Source: an archaeon
Lineage (GTDB): Archaea; Iainarchaeota; Iainarchaeia; Iainarchaeales; 1-14-0-10-31-34
Reading direction: 5' to 3'
Assembly (NCBI GenBank): GCA_043819075.1
Contig: JBDRFE010000072.1
Coordinates: forward strand, 1 to 11,670
Length of the DNA: 11,670 nt
Shown here: positions 1 to 5,464 of the stretch, piece by piece
How positions within the stretch are numbered: position 1 is the first letter of the stretch
How the letters are laid out: the number at the start of each line of letters is the position of its first letter
Translations under genes and position numbers: made by a program
The notes under the pieces: generated by a model
Seen by the model: the letters and a program-made list of their open reading frames with translations, nothing else
The model's database searches: none
What the model was told of the DNA's origin: nothing

Positions 1-735
1 CCTTAATTCTTTTTCTGTCCCGATGTCAAAAAATTTTCCTTTAACTTCAATCCATTCGACTTTTCCCTGTTCTGCAAGCAGGTTGATTGCATCAGTTAAT
101 TCAAGTTCATTCCTTGAACTCAAAGAAATTTTTTCTATTGCAGGAAAAATTTCCGGGGTGAATTTATAGATTCCGCAGTTCACAAAGTTTTCCTTAAATT
201 CTTTTTCAGGTTCCTTTCCTGTTTTTTCGTTTATTGTTTCCGGCTTTTTTTTCCTGATTTCTTTTTCCTGTTCTTCTGAAGGCTTTTCAATTATTTTTTT
301 CACTTTTTTTCCCTGAACTTCAACTAAACCCTTTCCTTCTGCGTTTTCTGCTTCCCTTAAAACAAGAACATTTTCTTTTTTTTTCATTAACTCTTCAATG
401 AGTTCAGCTTCAAAAACCAGATCAGCGTTAACCTGAATAAAATCCTTTTTAATGAAATCTTTTGCACAGTTTAATCCGTGTGCTGTTCCTTTTTGCTCTT
501 TTTGTTCAGCGAATTCAATTTTCATTTTGTTAAATTTTTTCCCGAATTTTTTTATTATTTTTTCTTTCAGGTAACCGACAACAATAATGCATTCAGTTAT
601 TCCTGCTTTATTTAATTCAGTTAACTGCCTTTCAATAAAGCTTTTTCCGTTTAATTCAATTAAAGGCTTGGGAGTGTTTTCTGTTAACGGCTTCATCCTA
701 AGCCCTTTTCCTGCTGCAAGAATAATTGCTTTCAT
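1..735 (-). CDS. Sugar-phosphate nucleotidyltransferase (NTP_transferase family, RfbA/GlmU/GCD1-like), 3' end runs off the window
   Basis: Hand-translated from the reverse strand, ATG at 735-733: MKAIILAAGKGLRMKPLTENTPKPLIELNGK (LAAGxGxRxxP..T...PKPL signature), later EQKEQKGTAHG, VNADL, IEKP, VNCGIY, SSRNELELTDAI and FFDIGT. The frame stays open for 245 codons to base 1. It is absent from the ORF track because there is no stop in the window. Substrate and any C-terminal hexapeptide domain cannot be determined. Confidence 0.93.
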   Translation of the reverse strand, partial: MKAIILAAGKGLRMKPLTENTPKPLIELNGKSFIERQLTELNKAGITECIIVVGYLKEKIIKKFGKKFNKMKIEFAEQKEQKGTAHGLNCAKDFIKKDFIQVNADLVFEAELIEELMKKKENVLVLREAENAEGKGLVEVQGKKVKKIIEKPSEEQEKEIRKKKPETINEKTGKEPEKEFKENFVNCGIYKFTPEIFPAIEKISLSSRNELELTDAINLLAEQGKVEWIEVKGKFFDIGTEKELR

Positions 736-808
736 TCTAAAAATAGTTTTTTCAATATTCTTTTTAAAACAACGCACTATTAATTAATTCTATTTAAGGG
801 TTTTTTAC
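736..808. promoter_or_regulatory. Divergent intergenic region, probable promoters for the nucleotidyltransferase and the trxB-GGR pair
   Basis: 73-bp, very AT-rich gap between divergent start codons. It holds several TATA-like runs (TTTTTAAAA, TATTAATTAA) and AAGGG just upstream of ATG 809. Individual boxes cannot be assigned. Confidence 0.45.
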
Positions 809-1714
809 ATGAAAGACATCATAATTGTCGGCGGCTCTGGTGCAGGAGTTACTGCAGGAATTTATTCTGCAAGAAGCGGGTTAAACACAATGCTGATTAC
901 AGAAAGCTTTGGCGGTCAGCTGCTTTTGACAGAAAAAATTGAAAATTATTCCGGCTTTAAAAGCATTTCAGGCTTTGACTTGTCAATGAAGTTAAGGGAG
1001 CACTTAAAGAGCTACAAAGAAATTGAAGTCCTTGAAGGGGTAAATGTAACAGGAATTGAAAGAAAAGGAAAAAATTTTGTTGTAACCGCAGGCAAAAAAG
1101 AGTTTGAATCAAAAGCAGTCATTATTGCAACCGGAAGAAGGCCGAGAAAACTTTCAGTTAAAGGCTCGGAAAAACTTGAAAACAAGGGCATTCATTATTG
1201 TGCGGTATGCGACGGCCCGTTATATAAAGGCCAAAATGTTGCAGTAATCGGCGGAGGCTACTCCGGAGTTGAAGAAGCGCTTTACTTAAGCAATATCGCA
1301 AAAAAAGTTTTCATAATTGAAACAGGAAAACAGCTTGGCGGTGAAGAAATAACAAGAAAAGAAGTTTTACTGAAAAAAAACGTTGAAGTAATAACTGAAG
1401 CCCAGCTTTCAGAGGTTTCAGGCGAAAAAACAACTGAAGGAATAAAATACAAGAAAGATTCAGAAGAAAAATCGCTTTCAGTTAAGGCAGTTTTTGTTAA
1501 TATCGGGGAAATCCCGAACTCTGATTTTGTTTCTATTGCAGAAAAAAACCAGAGAAATGAAATAAAAATCAATTCAAGGAATGAAACAAGTATTCCGGGT
1601 TTGTTTGCAGCAGGAGATGTAACAGATATTCCTGTGCATCAGTTAATTGTTGTTGCAGGAGAAGGCTGTAAGGCAGCAATTAATGCAAACGATTATTTGA
1701 ATAAACTAAAATGA
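809..1714 (+). CDS. trxB: Thioredoxin reductase-like FAD-dependent pyridine nucleotide-disulfide oxidoreductase (resembles the AhpF C-terminal/NADH-type branch)
   Basis: 301 aa. N-terminal FAD motif IIVGGSGAG, FGGQ, IENYSG, IIATG, redox motif HYCAVCDG (Cys codons at 1199 and 1208), second Rossmann motif VIGGGYSG, and TSIPGLFAAGDVT. Confidence 0.88.
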   Translation: MKDIIIVGGSGAGVTAGIYSARSGLNTMLITESFGGQLLLTEKIENYSGFKSISGFDLSMKLREHLKSYKEIEVLEGVNVTGIERKGKNFVVTAGKKEFESKAVIIATGRRPRKLSVKGSEKLENKGIHYCAVCDGPLYKGQNVAVIGGGYSGVEEALYLSNIAKKVFIIETGKQLGGEEITRKEVLLKKNVEVITEAQLSEVSGEKTTEGIKYKKDSEEKSLSVKAVFVNIGEIPNSDFVSIAEKNQRNEIKINSRNETSIPGLFAAGDVTDIPVHQLIVVAGEGCKAAINANDYLNKLK

Positions 1715-1723
1715 TTGCTTTTT

Positions 1724-1728
1724 GGAGG
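1724..1728 (+). promoter_or_regulatory. Shine-Dalgarno-like GGAGG
   Basis: GGAGG lies 6 nt upstream of the in-frame ATG at 1735. Confidence 0.55.
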
Positions 1729-1734
1729 AATTTT

Positions 1735-2979
1735 ATGGAGTCAAATGAATTTGATGTGATTGTTGTCGGCGGTGGTCCGGCCGGAAGTTCCTGTGCTTCT
1801 TTTCTTGCAAAAAATAACGTTAAAGTTTTGCTTTTAGATAAAGCTGTTTTTCCAAGAGACAAAACCTGTGGTGATGCAATAAGCGGAAAATCTCTGGGAA
1901 TATTAAAAGAGTTGGGCTGGGATACTGGCATTGAATCATTAAAGCACGGAAATGTTTATGGTGTGACTTTTTCTTCGCCTAACGGAACTTTAGTTGACAT
2001 TCCTTTTCCAAAGCATGCAAAAGAAGGAAAATACAAAAGAGAAGGCGGGAAAGGCTATGTTGTGAGAAGAGAAGTTTATGACAATTTTTTGTTTCAGAAC
2101 GCAAAAAAGCTTGCTTTCAAGACAATTGAAGGATTCGCTGTAACAGACTTAATAAAAGAAAATGATGCTGTTGTCGGAGTCAAAGGAACCGGCTCAGACA
2201 AAAAAGAAAAAGAATTCAGGGCAAAAATTGTTGTCGGCTCTGACGGAGCAACTTCAACTGTTGCAACAAAACTAGGCTTGAATGAAATTGATGCAAGCCA
2301 TCACATCACTGCTTTAAGAGCTTATTACAAGAATGTCTCCGGCTGCAAAGGAACAATTGAAATTCATTTCATTAATTCAATGCTTCCTGGTTATTTCTGG
2401 ATTTTTCCTTTAGAAAACAATTTAGCTAATGTAGGCGTTGGAATAATCACAAAAGACTTAAGGAAAAACAAAACGAATTTACAGAAAGCAATGCTTGATG
2501 CAATAAAAGAAGACCCTTTGTTTAAAGAACGTTTTAAAAATTCTGAAATGGTTTCCCAGATTAAAGGCTGGACTCTGCCTTTAGGAAGCAAGAAAAGAAA
2601 GCTTGCAGGAAACGGTTTTGTGTTATTAGGTGATGCGGCTTCCCTGATTGACCCTTTCAGCGGGGAAGGAGTTGGGAATGCAATGACTAGCGGAAAACTT
2701 GCATCAAAAATAATCATTAAAGCATTGCAGCAGAAAAATTATTCTGCTTCAGTTTTAGAAGAATATGAGAAAAATTTATGGAATGAAATCGGTGCAGAAA
2801 TAAGGACAAGCTATTTGCTTCAAAGGCTTGGAAGGATTAGATTCCTTTTGAATTTCATTTTAGGCAAGGCGGCAAAGAAAAAAGAAGTTCAGGAAGTTAT
2901 TTCTGGAATGCTTGCAAACGAGAAAGCAAAAAAAGATTTTGTGTCCCCATTGTTTTACCTGAAACTGCTGTTCACTTAG
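1735..2979 (+). CDS. Geranylgeranyl reductase-family FAD-dependent oxidoreductase
   Basis: DVIVVGGGPAGS FAD motif, FPRDKTCGD, RREVYDNFL, VGSDGATS, PGYFWIFPL (YxWxFP, typical of GGR), ANVGVG, and LLGDAASLIDPFSGEGVGNAM. Start placed at 1735 because of the GGAGG and the usual N-terminal length. The alternative is 1711, an ATGA overlap with the trxB stop. Confidence 0.88.
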   Translation: MESNEFDVIVVGGGPAGSSCASFLAKNNVKVLLLDKAVFPRDKTCGDAISGKSLGILKELGWDTGIESLKHGNVYGVTFSSPNGTLVDIPFPKHAKEGKYKREGGKGYVVRREVYDNFLFQNAKKLAFKTIEGFAVTDLIKENDAVVGVKGTGSDKKEKEFRAKIVVGSDGATSTVATKLGLNEIDASHHITALRAYYKNVSGCKGTIEIHFINSMLPGYFWIFPLENNLANVGVGIITKDLRKNKTNLQKAMLDAIKEDPLFKERFKNSEMVSQIKGWTLPLGSKKRKLAGNGFVLLGDAASLIDPFSGEGVGNAMTSGKLASKIIIKALQQKNYSASVLEEYEKNLWNEIGAEIRTSYLLQRLGRIRFLLNFILGKAAKKKEVQEVISGMLANEKAKKDFVSPLFYLKLLFT

Positions 2980-2980
2980 G

Positions 2981-3004
2981 TTTTTTTTGTTTTTTTATTT
3001 TTTT
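2981..3004 (+). terminator. Putative archaeal oligo(T) terminator after the GGR gene
   Basis: T8-G-T7-A-T7 immediately follows TAG 2979 at a convergent gene junction. Confidence 0.45.
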
Positions 3005-4428
3005 GTCACTGAATGAAATGCTTTTTTTGTTTCAGGAAAATCTGTCCTGAAATGGCAGCCCCTGCTTTCTTTTCTTTTCAAGGCAGATTCAATTATTTTT
3101 CCTGCAAGCAAGGCAAGATTGTTTTCAGGCATTTTATTTATTTCATTCAATGCTTTTTCCATTCTGTCTTTTTTTCTTCTGATGCCGGCGTATTTCCACA
3201 TTAATTCCTTTAAGTAATTTAAGTCAAATTCTTTTTTTTCATCAGAATATTCTTTTGTTTTTATTTTTTTGCTTGCAGTTCTATTATTTTTTTCTTTTAA
3301 TGCATTCTCTCCTGCAATTGCCCCAAAAACAATTGCTTCTAGAAGTGAATTGCTTGCCAGCCTGTTTGCTCCGTGAACTCCGTTGCACGAGCATTCGCCT
3401 GCGGCAAAAACATTCCTTAAATTAGTTCTTGTGTTCAAATCAGCTTTAATGCCTCCAATAGAGTAATGTGCTGCAGGCTCAACTTCAATTAAATCACTTT
3501 CAATTTTTAATCCAAGCTCTTTTGTTTTAGAGTAAATGCTTGGAAACCTTTCCTTTAAGTTTTTTATTCCAGTGCAGTCCAAGAAAACTTTTTTTCCTGA
3601 TTTAATCTGGTTCATTATTTCAACTGAAACAACATCTCTTGTAGCCAAATCTTTTCCATGAATGTTTTCCATGAATTTTTCGTTTGCATCGTTTACAAGA
3701 AAAGCTCCTTCGCCTCTTAAAGTCTCTGACAAAAGAAAATTGTTTCCTTTAACTGTTGTCGGATGAAACTGTTCAAACTCTAAGTCCATTAACTGCATTC
3801 CTGCTTTCAATGCAATTGAAAGAGCCGTTCCTTTAGTGCTTTCAGGGTTAGTGCTTTTAGCGTATAAAGCTGAATAGCCTCCTGAAGCAAAAATTAATGA
3901 ACTGAATTCTGCAGTGAAATCTTCAAACACTGCGGTCTGAGCTGTTCCTTTTGCAGCAATCACTTCCTTTAATTCTTTTCTGAAAAAATGAATGTTTTTT
4001 TCTTCTGCAAGCTTTACAAAAAATTTTGTGAGCTCTTTTCCTGTTTCATCGCCTTTTGCATGCAATACTCTTTTCTCTGAGTGCCCTGCCTCCAAGCCGA
4101 AATCAATTCCATCAGAATTTTCGTCAAACTGAAAGCCTAATTCAATTAATTCAAGGACTTTTTTTTTCCCTTTTTGAACTAAAATTCTTGCAGCCTGCTG
4201 GTTGCTTAACCCGTCTCCTGTCCTGATTGTGTCATTAAAATGTTTTTCAGCTGAATCGTTTTTGCTTAAGGCAGCTGCAACTCCTCCTTGTGCCTTGAAG
4301 CTGTTTGCATTGGATTCTTTTCCGCAGTAAAATACTGCTGTATTCCTGTTTTTTGTGCTTTGGATTGCAGCGCTTAAGCCGGCTAAGCCTCTTCCGATTA
4401 TAATTGTGTCAAAGAATTCTTTTTCCAT
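2995..4428 (-). CDS. nadB: L-aspartate oxidase
   Basis: 477 aa. IIGRGLAG, NSFKAQGGVAA, EAGHSEKRVLH, DETGKE, ASGG, EQFHPT, LLSETLRGEG, DLATRDVVS, PAAHYSIGG, GVHGANRLASNSLLE and ESRGCHFRTDFP. It has AQGG without the covalent-FAD His of SdhA/FrdA, and EAGHS matches the NadB-type EGGHS. Confidence 0.92.
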   Translation of the reverse strand: MEKEFFDTIIIGRGLAGLSAAIQSTKNRNTAVFYCGKESNANSFKAQGGVAAALSKNDSAEKHFNDTIRTGDGLSNQQAARILVQKGKKKVLELIELGFQFDENSDGIDFGLEAGHSEKRVLHAKGDETGKELTKFFVKLAEEKNIHFFRKELKEVIAAKGTAQTAVFEDFTAEFSSLIFASGGYSALYAKSTNPESTKGTALSIALKAGMQLMDLEFEQFHPTTVKGNNFLLSETLRGEGAFLVNDANEKFMENIHGKDLATRDVVSVEIMNQIKSGKKVFLDCTGIKNLKERFPSIYSKTKELGLKIESDLIEVEPAAHYSIGGIKADLNTRTNLRNVFAAGECSCNGVHGANRLASNSLLEAIVFGAIAGENALKEKNNRTASKKIKTKEYSDEKKEFDLNYLKELMWKYAGIRRKKDRMEKALNEINKMPENNLALLAGKIIESALKRKESRGCHFRTDFPETKKAFHSVTKK

Positions 4429-4433
4429 TTAAA

Positions 4434-5336
4434 TCAGATTTCAATTTCATCCAAATCTTTTGCCGCAATAACGTTTCCGAAAAACTCTCTTGCCTCTATA
4501 TCAAATTTTTCTGTTTCTTTATGCCTTGGGCTGAAATGAAATAACACCAGTTTTTTTACTTTAGCTTTTTCCGCTATCTTTCCTGCGTCTTTTGCAGTTG
4601 AATGCATGGTTTCTTTTGCCCTGTCCTTTAATTTTTCAAGAAAAGTGCTTTCATGGAACAACACATCTGATTCACTTATTTTTTCAATGTAACTGGAATT
4701 TGCCAGAGTGTCAAAAACAAAAGAAATTTTTTTCCCAAGCTTTTTTTTGCTTTCATCCAATACATCTTCTGGCTTAAAAGTTTTTTTTCCTACCTTGATT
4801 TTTTTTCCTTTCTGCAGCTGGCCCCATAAAGGCCCTTCAGGTATTTCAAGTTTTAATGCTTTTTCCCTGCTGAATTTTCCTAAAGAATCTTTTTCCCTGA
4901 AAACATATCCATAGCACGGAACATCGTGTTTCAGCCTGAAGGCTTCAACAAAAAAGTTTTCTTCTTCAAAGATTTTGCCTTGTTTTACTTCAATTGCTTT
5001 TATTTCAAAATTCACTTTAAGCAAACTCAGCTCAATTGCTTTCATTACTTTTTCTTTGACTCCTGCCGGGCCAAAAACATGCAACGGGTAGTCTCTTTGG
5101 TGCATTGACATTGTTGCAATCAATCCTGGCAGCCCAAGAATATGGTCTCCGTGAAAATGAGATAAAAACACTGCATTAATTTTCATGTAAGAAACTTTTG
5201 CTTTCATTAACTGCCTTTGCGTTCCTTCAGGGCAGTCAAATAAATAATTTAATCCTTCAAAGTTTAATACAATTGAACTCAAGTTCCTTTCTTTTGACGG
5301 AGTTGAAGCGCTTGTTCCTAAAACAATTAATTTCAT
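4434..5336 (-). CDS. rnz: Ribonuclease Z (tRNA 3' endonuclease)
   Basis: 300 aa. LGTS...P..ERN, LFDCPEGTQRQ, metallo-beta-lactamase motif SHFHGDH, flexible arm IPEGPLWGQLQKG, HESTF, MHSTA and LFHFSPRH. Confidence 0.96.
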   Translation of the reverse strand: MKLIVLGTSASTPSKERNLSSIVLNFEGLNYLFDCPEGTQRQLMKAKVSYMKINAVFLSHFHGDHILGLPGLIATMSMHQRDYPLHVFGPAGVKEKVMKAIELSLLKVNFEIKAIEVKQGKIFEEENFFVEAFRLKHDVPCYGYVFREKDSLGKFSREKALKLEIPEGPLWGQLQKGKKIKVGKKTFKPEDVLDESKKKLGKKISFVFDTLANSSYIEKISESDVLFHESTFLEKLKDRAKETMHSTAKDAGKIAEKAKVKKLVLFHFSPRHKETEKFDIEAREFFGNVIAAKDLDEIEI

Positions 5337-5464
5337 TGCATTCTCACTTCTCTTTTCTTTTATTTACTGGCTTTTGGTTCATTAGTCGTTTTAATTCATT
5401 ATTATTTTAATACTTGGCTTACTAATAACTTTTATTGAAGAGAGTTTTTTAAAAGGGATTTTTT
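5337..5464. promoter_or_regulatory. Divergent intergenic region, probable promoters for rnz-nadB and lonB
   Basis: 128-bp AT-rich gap with AAGGGA upstream of the GTG at 5465. TATA boxes cannot be assigned individually. Confidence 0.4.

Noticed and set aside
587..787. 66-aa plus-strand ORF
   Set aside because: Antisense shadow of the clearly recognisable minus-strand nucleotidyltransferase.
1711..1734. GGR start at ATG 1711
   Set aside because: Possible through an ATGA overlap, but the extra MIAFWRNF peptide covers a GGAGG suitably spaced for ATG 1735. Disfavoured rather than excluded.
1282..2717. Minus-strand ORFs 1282-1572, 1680-1931 and 2391-2717
   Set aside because: Antisense to trxB/GGR, Phe/Ser-rich as expected from reversed Lys/Glu codons, with no recognisable motifs.
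2995..4428. Succinate dehydrogenase/fumarate reductase flavoprotein call
   Set aside because: No covalent-FAD His motif, NadB-type EAGHS is present, the protein is short, and no Fe-S subunit gene is adjacent.
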